Assembly: GCA_951406725.2 (NCBI GenBank)
Contig: OX597834.1
Span: 25,482,001 to 25,546,000, forward strand
DNA: 64,000 nucleotides
DNA from: Octopus vulgaris
Taxonomy: Eukaryota
Direction: 5' to 3'
Under the pieces are notes generated by a model. That model worked only from the letters and a program-made list of their open reading frames with translations, did no database searches and had not been told where the DNA came from. This document shows positions 38,169 through 50,424 of the stretch, one piece after another. Positions within the stretch are counted from its first letter, which is position 1, and each line of letters begins with the position of its first letter. Both the position numbers and the translations under genes were made by a program.

Positions 38169-38783
38169 ATGCAAATATACATATGTACACACACATTTTC
38201 TACTATCTACTTCCTTGACACTCACAAACGTGTGTGTCTCTCTTTTTATTTCCAATTCTCACTGCTCTTATCCAGGTGTGCATTATTTCTGTTACCATAG
38301 AGATACAAAAAAAAAGGTGGTTTCACTGCCTGCAGTGGTTGTTAATCACCAACCCGCCAAACTTAACTCTTGCCTATGAAACACGGCAACAGTTAGATCA
38401 CTTTGAAACGATAGCCTGCTTTCTACCAAATTTTTACTTTCAGTGGGCCCCAAGCAACAACTGACCAAATTCAAAATAATACAAACCAAATAAAAGACAG
38501 GTAATTTTTATGGAAGCACCAAACCCAAGTGAGTGAAACTTGATCCTATTCATGTACATAACCATTTGTAGGCTATCTATGTCAATATGCAACCTAAGCA
38601 GTCAACAAACATGATGTTATCAACACCATGTTTGTTGACTTAGTTATTAGCTCATCATGTCCAATATACTTAACTATTCAAGAAATTTTTTTTTTAGATA
38701 GAGGGAAGGTCAAATCCCTACACATGGGCTTTGGGACAAAATTCTTCTTAAACTGGTGACCTAAGTCCTTGCAACAGAGTGGA

Positions 38784-39010
38784 TTAACCCTTTAGTATTT
38801 AAACCGGCCATATCCGGCCAAAATAGTTAATCTGTTTTATGTTCAAACTGACCAGATACAGGCTCTCACACCTACCCTACAATGTTATTCTACATTAAGT
38901 AATTACACCGTCAAGATCTTGAAGATATGAGAAAATGCATGATTAATTCAAATCAATGGGAATCAATAAGCATTATGTTTGATAGAATAATCTGAACACT
39001 AAAGGGTTAA
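38784..39010 (+). mobile_element. TTAA MITE family 1
   Basis: 227 bp, intact TTAA-CCCTTT termini. Confidence 0.92.
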
Positions 39011-39215
39011 ATCACAACAGGCTAAACACAACCAAAGCCCAGTGAGGGAGAGTGGGGATTAATCTAGCTCACATTTAATCAAAATACAAAGAACCAGAAC
39101 CGATACATAGTATCTCATTTCCTACTTTAAAAATACAGCCAGTCTCCTCCCCTTAACTGGCTCCTTATTTCATCAATCTGGAAAGGACGGAAGTTAAAAC
39201 TGCCCTTGGTATAGT

Positions 39216-39442
39216 TTAACCCTTTAGTGTTCAGATTATTCTATCAAACATAATGCCTATTGATTCCCATTGATTTGAATTAATCATGCATTATCTCATA
39301 TCTTCAAGATCTTGATGGTGTAATTACTTAATGTAGAATAACAATGTAGGGTAGGTGTGAGAGCCTGGATCTGGTCAGTTTGAACATAAAACAGATTAGC
39401 TATTTTGGCCGGGTATGGCCGGTTTAAATACAAAAGGGTTAA
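39216..39442 (-). mobile_element. TTAA MITE family 1 (inverted partner of 38784-39010)
   Basis: 227 bp; about 8 substitutions relative to the preceding copy by manual alignment. Confidence 0.92.
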
Positions 39443-40979
39443 ACCCAAAACACAGGTAGAACAAGGACCACAAGGTTTGTGCTTCCTCGCTAACAATTTT
39501 GCCAACATTTAGACGTAAAATAAAATTTCACTGAAGGAAGGGAGAAAGTGAATAGAATGGAACAACATTTCAAGAAATTTCAAATAGAATTGGCATGGAT
39601 GGCTGACCCATCTTCATTGTCTTTGACATATTCTGGTAGAAAGAAAGACAAGATGGAGTTTTGTCTTTTTTAAAAATTGTAAATGAAAGAATCTGCAAGG
39701 AACAATTGATGTTTCTACCAGAGATGCAACATAATCTAACACAAAAACCTAGCCTTCTTCAGTGATGTTTACAGTGATAATGAGTGACGAAGATTCACCT
39801 CATTGAAAAAGATAGTGCAGAAACAAACACAGACAGGGATAAACCAACACCTATTGGAACCAAGAATGGGAAGTTCTATAACTGCGTATACAGACAAGAG
39901 ATAGTGCGTCTTGCTTAAGGATTCTGGGTAGTCCTGATTATAATGGAGGAAGAGGGGGTACATACAAGAAGATAAATATAAGAAACAGAGGCTAAGAGAG
40001 ACGGTGAAGATGAGAAAGGTGGAGGAGGAAGGAGTGAAAGAGAGGGAAGAGTGTGTGGTGATTATTTATGCAGGATATGAAGGTGGAAAAAGATTAAAGC
40101 TGAAAATTACAATGGAGATAACCCAAGATGAGTAAGAATTATTACATAAAGAAGAGAATCAAGGTTTTCAGGTAGATGTGGAATGGCACGCTGCCAAAGA
40201 ATAATATAAACCACTGCTGCTGCTGCTGTTCCACAAGTGATATTAGTTTGTTGTGGGTGGGGAGGACTACTATCTTTACTTAATACAGATTTCTGAAATT
40301 ACAGCCATTACCATCATCATCAGTCCTACCATAGTGCTTGTTATGATATGTGCATAAGCGTTACACTTTTAACAAGCCAAAAAACTATGGAAGGACATAC
40401 AGAGAAAAAAATCTTTAACAAAATTTGATGGAGATTTAGAAATTTATGCAACAGCATAGAAGTAAGAACATGAAATTATCACAGATTCCTTTAATTATTA
40501 TTCGTTAAGCCAGCAAGGTGCCAGAATTGTTAGCATGCTGGGCAAAAGGTATGATAGCATTTCTTCTGGCTGTATGCTCCGAGTTCAAATTCCACCATGG
40601 TTGACTTCACCTTCCATTCCTGTACGGGTCAAAATAAGTATCACTTCACCAGTGGGTTTGATGTAGTCAATTAGTCCTTTCTCCCCAAATTTCAGGCCTT
40701 TGTCTAAAGTAGAGAGAGGTATTATTGTTTGCTTTTCATGCTTTCTGGGTAAATAAAATAAGTACCAGTAATTATGTAATTGACTTCCTCTACCCTTCAA
40801 AATTGCTGGACTTTGTGCTAAAATTATTATTATTATTATTATTATTATTATGGGAGAGAGAGAAAATAGTTTGCAATATGTAATTGTGCCCCGTTACATT
40901 TAAACTAAAATCTCACTGAAGCTGATTTTGCTTTTTCATCCTTTTTGGAGTCAATTAAGTACTGGAAATGGGAATATAT

Positions 40980-41198
40980 ATTTCTTTACTACCCACAAGG
41001 GGCTAAACACAGAGGAGACAAACAAGGACAGACAAAGGGATTAAGTCGATTACATCGACCCCAGTGCGTAACTGGCACTTAATTTATCGACCACGAAAGG
41101 ATGAAAGGCAAAGTCGACCTCGGCGGAACTTGAACTCAGAACGTAACGGCTACGCATTTCGCCCGGCGTGCTAACGTTTCTGCCAGCTCGCCGCCTTC
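40980..41198 (-). mobile_element. SINE family B with short TSD
   Basis: Full copy flanked by aatgggaat. Confidence 0.88.
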
Positions 41199-41566
41199 AA
41201 TGGGAATGAGGAATATAATGCACAAAACTTGTCACCAAATGCCAGTTAGAAGTCTTGGCAGAATTGATAGAGTGATGGACAAAATACCTGGCAGTATTTG
41301 TTCCAGGACTCTTGTTTTCAAGTCAAATCATGCCTTTAAACGATCCAGAGCTGATAAATTAAAGCACCAGTTGATACTGGGGTTGATTTAATTGACGACT
41401 TTGGTGTCTATGTAAAAACTCACTCTTACTAATTATGACAGTGGAAACACAGAATTGGTAGAACAAGAAACAAAATAGCAGATTTGTATTACATGTTAAC
41501 ATCTTGAGTTCAAATCACACAAAGATCACATTTCAGCCACAACTACCCCACTTTATTTTTCAATGT

Positions 41567-41796
41567 TTAACCCTTTTGATACCAACCCGCCTGAAACCGC
41601 CTCTGGCTCTGTAGTACAAATGTCTTGTTTTCATAGGTTTTGGATTAAAATCTTCCACCAAACCTTAGTCACAATTTATGTTCCTAACACTAGCTAAATG
41701 ATAACCAAGTTATTTTACTAAATTCTTTGTTATATTTAAAATTAATTGAAAGAAACACAGAGTATCTCAACAGAAATATGGTAACAAAAGGGTTAA
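41567..41796 (+). mobile_element. TTAA/piggyBac-type MITE family 2
   Basis: TTAA-cccttttgatacca ... tggtaacaaaaggg-TTAA, 230 bp; reverse copy at 48293-48520. Confidence 0.88.
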
Positions 41797-42115
41797 AGAA
41801 CTAGATTACCCAATAATCTATTTTTTAAAGATATGGTGTGGTTCAAGGTGATTTTGACTGCTATTTCTTGCAAGGCTCTCACCTTACAAACTTGTGGTTT
41901 TCTATGAACATTAGAAAACACCATCACACTCAACAAACATCATCACTATCACAATCACCATCAATATCAGTATGAACTCAAACAATGACCAATTTCAACC
42001 AGCTCTCATTCTCACCAAAGGGCTTTCTTTCTTACAAATATCTTTGACGTTCTTAAGATGACATGAAAGTCATGAGATTCCCCTTAAACTAAGTTAAGAA
42101 ATACATCAATTAAAC

Positions 42116-42358
42116 CAGTGGTTTTCAACCATTCTTTGTTTATGGACCCCTTTGATCTCTATTTTACTCTACTTGACCCCCAAAGCCATTCGATGCACAC
42201 ACACAAAAAAAAATCCTACTGTATTTTTATAATTAAATATAAGGAATTGCATAAAAAAAATTGTCAAAATATTTTATGAATTGTAGAAGGATAACCAATG
42301 TATTGCACATAAATGTCAACAATGAAATCTTATATGGACCCCAGTTCAGAACCAATGA
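42116..42358. mobile_element. Degenerate hAT (Charlie-like) MITE
   Basis: cagtggttttcaacc ... gttcagaaccaatg termini with repeated ggacccc subterminal motifs; no clear 8-bp TSD. Confidence 0.55.
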
Positions 42359-43259
42359 GTCAATCGAATAAGGGATCGATGATAGCAGTTATGTCAGTGA
42401 GACAACCTCACCCCTACAATATAATGTGGTGTGGAACTCTCAGAGCAAATTCCTGAAGACATAATGTTAATTAGATCTGCTTAGTTTTTCTGTAATACAA
42501 ACTTGAAAAAGGAAGTTTAGCCAACTGACAGTTATCCTCATCCCACCTACACACAGAAATATGTGAACACACACACAGCTAGAAAGAATGTCTTGTTGAA
42601 TAGGAAGTTGAAAAAAAAAAAAAAAATCAAGACCATCCTGAGTAAGGAATTTGACCAACACACCACCATCTCCACTTACTTCAAAAGAATTTAGAGGAGA
42701 AGAGGATAAGGACCAAATGGCCATAGCTGTTGATCTCTCCTAACTCAAGACATTACATAACCCACAGATACTTGTCAGAAATGTATAGCAGATCAATCTG
42801 ATAGTGGTATTTCAGACTAATAACCTCTCCAACAGGAATCAATGCTACCATTGCTACAAGTATCAGGTAACATTAAATTACACTACAGTCTTCAACTGTT
42901 GACACTCCCCACCCCAATACCATCATATTCAGGTCTTCTAAGAAAATGGTTGATGTTGTTTAGTGAAAGGTTACCCCTGATAGAGCAGACTCAAGATACA
43001 AACCTATTTCAGGTGTGATCCTCTGTATTTCTTTAGAACATGTACCTAGGACTATTCAAGAAATGTGTCTTCCTGTCTTCTAAAAGGGTGAAGTGTGATT
43101 TCAAAGAGAATTGGCAGCGATTTCTAGCAGTTTGAGTTACTGTATAAAAGCTCCTTAGCTGGGTCTAAGGTGATCTGTGCAGCACTAAGGAAATCCTGGT
43201 TCAAGAAACCAGAGCTTAACATAAGACCTTAAAAAAAAATTGGCACACAGCAATACATT

Positions 43260-43838
43260 TACGAGAGGGTACTGAAAAGTTCCTGGTTTGGGGTTAAAGA
43301 ACATACAAGAAGATCAGTTAATTACTCTTTTACTTGTTTCAGTCATTTGACTGCGGCCATGCTGGAGCACCGCCTTTCGTCGAGCAAATCGACCCCAGAA
43401 CTTATTCTTTGTAAGCCCAGTACTTATTCTATCGGTCTCTTTTGCCAAACTGCTAAGTGACGGGGACGTAAACACACCAGCATCGGTTGTCAAGCAATGC
43501 TAGGAGGACAAACACATACACACACACATATATATATACATATATACGACAGGCTTCTTTCAGTTTCCGTCTACCAAATCCACTCACAAGGAATTGGTCG
43601 GCCCGGGGCTATAGCAGAAGACACTTGGCCAAGATGCCATGCAGTGGGACTGAACCCGGAACCATGTAGTTGGTTAGCAAGCTACTTACCACACAGCCAC
43701 ATATTCTCCTCTCAAATTCACACATTACAGTGGTCCTTCAGCTTTTCCAAGCCCTGTAAAAGAACTTGGAAGGCTGGGCCCCTAACCAAGCCTTTTGTGA
43801 CACCCTTAAAGCCAGGAACTTTTCAGCACCCTCTTGTA
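43260..43838. mobile_element. Mariner-type MITE with nested SINE family A (43323-43700, minus)
   Basis: TIRs tacgagagggtactgaaaagttcctggttt / aaagccaggaacttttcagcaccctcttgta with TA ends. The interior matches 20198-20420 on either side of the SINE. Confidence 0.85.
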
Positions 43839-45960
43839 CATAATCTACATTGAGTTTTATTACACTAATAGAACTGATGAGACCAGGAGTTTAACCCTGA
43901 GTCAGCCACTAAACAGCAAACCCTTGATCAAAGATGTTCTCTATTTATTGTTCTTCTTCTTCCATCGTCTATCTCGACTGAATAATCTAACAGTCTTTCT
44001 CTAAGTAGTGTGTGGTTAGAGTGAGATTTGAGTGAGATTTGGATATTATTTTTAGCATGTTGACTGATCAGTACTTAGAGAAAGAGATAGACCACTAGAG
44101 AGAGAGAGAGAGAGAAGTAACAAAAGAGAAAAAGCAATACACATATACATCCTAGAATGAGAGAAGAGAGTGAAAGAATGTAGAATAATGAAGATACTGG
44201 AAGGAAACAGTCATACAAAAAGACTAAAAAAAAAAACAACAACCTTAGTACAACATTGATAGACTGTTAGTAAAATGTAAGTAAAACATGATCAGAGTAG
44301 TGAAAGTGTGTGTGTGTGTGCGTGTGTGTATACATACATATATACATACAATGAAGCATTAGTACAACATTCTTAGTAAAACATCCAAGTAGCTGAGAGA
44401 AAGAGGAAGAAGAGGAGGAGATACAGTGAAAACAGAAGAATATACTAAGTCAATCAGTGAAGCAAACTGCTGCTGCTGCTGTAAGCTGATATCTGTAGTG
44501 ATTGATTGACAAGTAAGAGGAAGAGGAGGGAGGGAGGGAAGGAGGGGGCATTGCAGAATTAACAGGAATGCACAGCATGCAGATGGTGGTGCTACTGTGC
44601 AGCTATGTAGCAAAGGTGAAGGTGCACCAGTGCACCAGTTTATTAATATGCCCAAAGGCAGTGTGGATGGGAAGCACTTATGGCAAAAAAAAAAAAAAAA
44701 CAGATTGCAACCTGCATTTGCTGAATATCTTCCCCACCCCCGACCTGTCACAACATTTGGCATGGTACAGTGTTTTTATTTAACGCTAAGTAGCTCAGTC
44801 CTGATAAAGCAGATCTAATCAAAGACTTTCTGGCCACAACCATTTCTTCTAGTACTTCACTGGGACTTTATCAATCCCAAAAGGAAGAAAAGAAAAACTG
44901 ATCCAGTCTTCTTAGATGTACAGTACTCTACCATCTTGGCACCCCACCCTTAACCATTTTTGAATTCATAATCTCTCAGATCAGTCCAAGGAGTGGGGGA
45001 TGTAAATTGTAGGGGTTAAAGAATAAAGTGAACTGTACAAATACAATTGGTGGGTTATTTTATATAATCTAAAGGGCAATAATGTTGACTCTTCATTAAG
45101 TCTTTGGTTTACCCAAATATGAAAAAAAAAAAACAACCTTGCAAGTGAGGTGTCACATGTTTCAACTAATTGACACTGTGTTTGTTTGCACATACAAACA
45201 AACACACACACACACACACACACAGAGAGGCTACTATTTCAAGCAAATAATGAGTGCTGTCAAAGAAAGAAGACAAGATACATTGGTAACATCTAAGAGG
45301 TTTGTAACCATAGATACCATGTACATACACATATACAATAGGTACCTTTTATCTTGTTTCAATCATTACAGTGTGACCATGTGGGGGGCATTACCTTGAG
45401 GAATTTCGGTCAAACTAATGAACCCCAGCACTTATTGTCTTTTTAAGCCAGATACATATTCATTCAGTTTCTTTTGTTGAACAAGATTACAGGGACGAAA
45501 CACACGGGCATCAGTTGCCAAGTGGTGGTAGGGATAAACCCAGACGGAAAGATGCACATGTGTGGGTATGCATGCAGGCAGACACAAACACACACACTAG
45601 GGGCTTCTTTCAGTTTCTGTCTAACAAATCCACTCAGAAGGTTTTGGTCACCCCCAGGCTATAGCAGCAGACACTTTCCTAAGGTGCCATACAGTGAACT
45701 GAACCTGGAACCATGTGGTTGAGAAGCAAGCTTTTTACCACACAGCCATGTCTACACATTTTATAAAAAGCACCCACTACACTCACGGAGTGGTTGGCAT
45801 TAGGAAGGGCATCCAGCTGTAGAAACATTGCTAGATAAGACTGGAGCCTGGTGCAGCCTTCTGGCTTCCCAGATCCCCGGTCGAACCGTCCAACCCATGC
45901 TAGCATGGAGAACGGACGTTAAACGATGATGATGATATATATATATACACACACACACAA

Positions 45961-45995
<35 letters not shown>

Positions 45996-46017
45996 CACAC
46001 ACTCACACATATATACA

Positions 46018-47294
46018 TAGGGTTGGCAACTAAGTTCCCGCCGCTTATTTAAATTAAAATTTTTTAAAAGGTTTAATAAAAAATAATAACTAATTAATCA
46101 ATAATGTATTCACCCTTGTTGTTTACAACTTCTTCCCAATGTTCAACAAGATTTTCAATACCTCGTTGGTCGAAATCACCTGATTTCGACTTGAAAAACT
46201 GATCCAACCAGCTCTCAATTCTGCATCAGTACTGAATGAAACTCCGTGCATTGTATTTGAAAGAGATCGAAAGAGGTGGAAATTCGTTGGTGCCAAATCA
46301 AGAGAGTACGGCGAGTGTGGCAGCACTTCCCAGCCATGCGTTTGAATGGCTTCCTTGGTCGTATTGGCGATATGAGGGTGGGCATTGTTGAGCAGCAGAA
46401 GAACTCCATGCTGCCGATAAGGTCTTTTCGTTTGGATAGCCGTGTTGAGTCGTTCCATCAGTTGAACACAGAGTTCAGTGTTGACCGTTTGGTTCCGTTC
46501 AAGCAATTCGTAATGGATAATCCCTTCCCAGTCACACACCATCGTTTTATGTGGATGAAGATCTTGCTTCACGCACAGTGTTGCTTGTTTACCGGAGTTA
46601 AGTCATTCCTTACGCTGCTTCATATTGATGTACAGGCACCATTTTCCGTCGCCAGTAACGATTCAGTAAAGAAATACTTGCTTGTGTCCATGAGTTGAGT
46701 GGTGACCAGCAAGAAAACCAGTGGAGATTGTGACTCGATTTTTGTTGTTGTCACTTAAAGCATGCGGAACCTATGCGCCATACTTCTGAACCTTTCCCAT
46801 CAAGTGAAGATGCTTCTCTATAGCAGTGTGGGAGCATTCCATTTTCTCTGCCAGTTTCCTTGTCGTCTGACGAGAATTTTCGTGTAAAAGTTGGTTTAAT
46901 TGCTCTTCATCAAACTCAACAGAATGGCCAAAATGAAGTGCGTCCTTGAGGTCAAAATTTCCATCTTTAAACTTGGCATACCAATCACGAGCGGTTCTTT
47001 CACCTATGGTACCCTCTCCATACACAGCACAAATGTCGCGAGCAGCTTTTGCAGCTTTAGAACCTTGATTAAAAGCAAAAAGAAGGAGGTGTCGAAAATG
47101 CTTGTTTTCCTTAACTTGATATACCATTTTAATAATCTGAAAATAAACAAAAATTAACTAGGAAAAAAAAAAGCAAAATGGATTCCAAAATGATTCAAAA
47201 ATAGAATTCTCAAAAAAAAATATATATTCCAAAATTTAAAAACGCAATATATTCCAAAATTTAAAAAAACCGCAGGAACTTAGTTGCCAACCTA
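46018..47294 (-). mobile_element. Full-length, inactivated mariner transposon (~1.28 kb)
   Basis: TA ends and TIRs gggttggcaactaagttcc / ggaacttagttgccaacc. The transposase runs from ATG 47127 (HTH: FRHLLLFAF..G..AAKAARDICAVYGE), with WVPH mutated to *VPH, IVTGDGKW, LLLLNNAHPH and HSPYSLDLAPTNFHLF. Several stops; catalytic residues are degraded. Confidence 0.95.
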
Positions 47295-47360
47295 GGACAT
47301 ATACACAAATACATATATACACATACATATATACATATATGTACATGTATACATAAATAT

Positions 47361-47625
47361 ATCATCATCATCGTTTAACGTCCGCGGGCGTGCAACATCA
47401 CTGGGGTTCTCTATTTTCTGCGAGACTTTCATATCGTTTGCAGAGCTAGGAAGGGTGGCTATCCGGGCAGTTGAGGGCATATCTGAGAGGGCCACTATGA
47501 AAAGCAGTGGCCCCAAGACAGTGCCCTGTGGAACACTGCTCACTATTTGTGAGGAGGATTGCTGGGAAACCATCAGTATCAGCTGTTGAGTTTGCATCCA
47601 CCTCATCTATGGCTAGTAGTATATC
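47361..47625 (-). pseudogene. Short LINE RT fragment (CR1/L2/Jockey-like motifs) joined to an RTE-type (ATG)n tail
   Basis: SSVPQGTVLGPLLFIVALSDMP...SSANDMKV (motif B and degenerate YADD), plus upstream AIDEVDANSTADTDGFPAILL in another frame. Confidence 0.7.
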
Positions 47626-47627
47626 TT

Positions 47628-47899
47628 CTATATATATATATATACACATATATAATTACATATATATATACACACACACCTATATATACACACCTATATA
47701 TACATACATACACATATATATACACACACATACATACACATACATATATACATACATATATACACACATACACATACATACATATATATATATACATACA
47801 CATACATATATATATATACATATACATACATATATATATACATCCATATACATACATACATCCATATACATACATACATATATATACATCCATATACAT

Positions 47900-47932
<33 letters not shown>
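47628..47932. repeat. Compound (TA)/(CA)/(TACA) low-complexity tract
   Basis: Directly visible. Confidence 0.95.
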
Positions 47933-48292
47933 AGGGAGAGAGGGATGCATGAGTCAGGAGGGTGAGACCTACTCAACTCATGCAAACAAAGGTGAGGAAA
48001 GAGATGTATGATGATTATGCACATGCTTGCGCATGCACGCACACAGGGATGGGATTACCATGCAACCATAAGAACCATCCCCTAAGTGAATGAAAAAATT
48101 TGTAGGAGAAACTCATACAAGCCAAAGCAACATGGAACAGCAGACTAAAATATGATAATACTTTTGAGTTAAAGTCGAGTTTTGCGCCGATAGCTCCTTT
48201 AGATCAGAGCTTAAACTTGTATCTAGAGTAACAGTTAAGCAACCAAAAATACAAGGCATTCCCTTGAATGGGACACCAGTCCATTTTAGGGG

Positions 48293-48520
48293 TTAACCCT
48301 TTCGTTACTGTATTTATTTTGAGATGCTCTGTGTTTCTTTCAATTACTTTAAATATAACAAAGAATTTAGTAAAATAACCTAGTTATCATTCAGCTAGTG
48401 TTAGCAACATAAATTGTGACTAAGGTTTGATGGAAGATTTTAATTCAAAATTTATGAAAACAAGACATTTGTACTCAGAACCAGAGCCGGTTTCAGCCGG
48501 GTTGGTAACAAAAGGGTTAA
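48293..48520 (-). mobile_element. TTAA MITE family 2
   Basis: 228 bp; reverse complement of 41567-41796. Confidence 0.88.
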
Positions 48521-49988
48521 ACACCCACCCAAATAGTGCAGCCAAGATAACTGAAACAACGTGATATGAAGTATCTTGCTTAAGGACATAATATACCATC
48601 CAGCCCAAGAATCAAACCCAAATCCTAAGAATTCTGAACCAAACACCCAACCCACATACACAAACATATTCTTTTATTCTTTTACTTGTCATTTGATTGC
48701 AGCCATACAAGGGCACTGCCTTGAAGAATTTTAGTTGGGCTTATCAACCCTGGTACTTATTATTTTTGTTTCGGCCTGGTATTTATTCTATTGGTCACTT
48801 TTCCTGAACTGCTCAGTTACAGGGAGATAAACACCTCAACACCAGTTGTCAAACAGTGGTGGAGAACAAACACACATATACAACAAGATTCTTTCAGTTT
48901 TCATCTACCAAATTCACTCACAGGCTAGGTTAGCCCAAGGTTATAGTAAAAGCCACTTGCCCATGGTGCCACATAATGGCACTGAACCCGGAACCATGTG
49001 GTTGGGAAACAAAGTTCTTACCACACAGCCATGCCTGCGCCTGTAATTACATATATACATCTACCTACACAATTACAAATATATGTATAATAAAATAAAA
49101 CAAAAAAAAACATTCCCAAAATCTTTGTTTAAAAATCTAAATAGAGTTCATTAAAAAGAAAGGGGAAAAAAGTCCAGTGAGTGAGCTACTAGTAAAAGTG
49201 AAAACCATGCAGAAATTAGTCTGAAAGTTGGCCAACACAAGTACAGTTGTTGCTAACCGAGACATTTAATATAAACATTCCAATTATTTTAACAACTCGC
49301 TTCTTGGAAATCTCTATTTCATTTTAAAATAAACAAGATTTTAAGATATTGCAGACATAAGTAACACTTTGAGAAAAATGAGGAGCAACAGGTTCAATGA
49401 CTGGAATTGAAACCTGTATCTTTGGTTAACAGGGTAACTGTGTTACCAATTAGACTTAATGATCATCCAAAGGTCACTAACCAAGCAACAGATAGATACA
49501 GGAATGTATACATCAATGGGACAGTTGCTCTCTCTGTCTCAAATCTGTGACTACTTCATATTTGACTCATAAATTAACAGGATATGTAATTAAAAATATA
49601 TTCTTTAACATTTTGTATTTCATTGACTTCAGCCATAGGGTTGTGGCCATGCTAGAGCAGTGTCTTCAGTGATAGTTGAATTGACCCCACTCTAGAGCAC
49701 ATTTAGCTGAACTAACAACAATGTACACACACAACAGGTTTCCACAGTTTTCAGTGCTTACTAAATTTCACTCCAAGTTTTAGTCAATGTGAGGTAATGT
49801 AGGGAGGGACTTCTCCAAGTGTCCCACTCAGTGAAATTGAACCTGGAACCATGCAGTGATAAAGTCGATTTCTCAACCTCATACTGCTACGTCCCTACCC
49901 ATGAACAGTGAATAATAAACTACAGAAGAACATACAAGAATGGAGAACAACCCTAAGTGTGAGAATAAGATAAATGAAAAGGACACAT

Positions 49989-50424
49989 AGGCGCAGGAGT
50001 GGCTGTGTGGTAAGTAGCTTGCTTACCAACCACATGGTTCCGGGTTCAGTCCCACTGCGTGGCATCTTGGGCAAGTGTCTTCTGCTATAGCCCCGGGCCA
50101 ACCAATGCCTTGTGAGTGGATTTGGTAGACGGAAACTGAAAGAAGCCCGTCGGATATATGTATATATATATATATATATGCGTGTGTGTGTGTACGTGTT
50201 TGTGTGTACGTGTTTGTGTGTCTATGTTTGTCCCCCTAGCATTGCTTGACAACCGATGCTGGTGTGTTTATGTCCCCGTCACTTAGCGGTTCGGCAAAAG
50301 AGACCGATAGAATAAGTACTGGGCTTACAAAGAATAAGTCCCGGGGTCGATTTGCTCGACTAAAGGCGGTGCTCCAGCATGGCTGCAGTCAAATGACTGA
50401 AACAAGTAAAAGAGAAAAGAGAAA
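49989..50424 (+). mobile_element. SINE family A
   Basis: Full copy aggcgcaggagtggctgtgtggtaag...gaaacaagtaaaagag. Confidence 0.9.
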
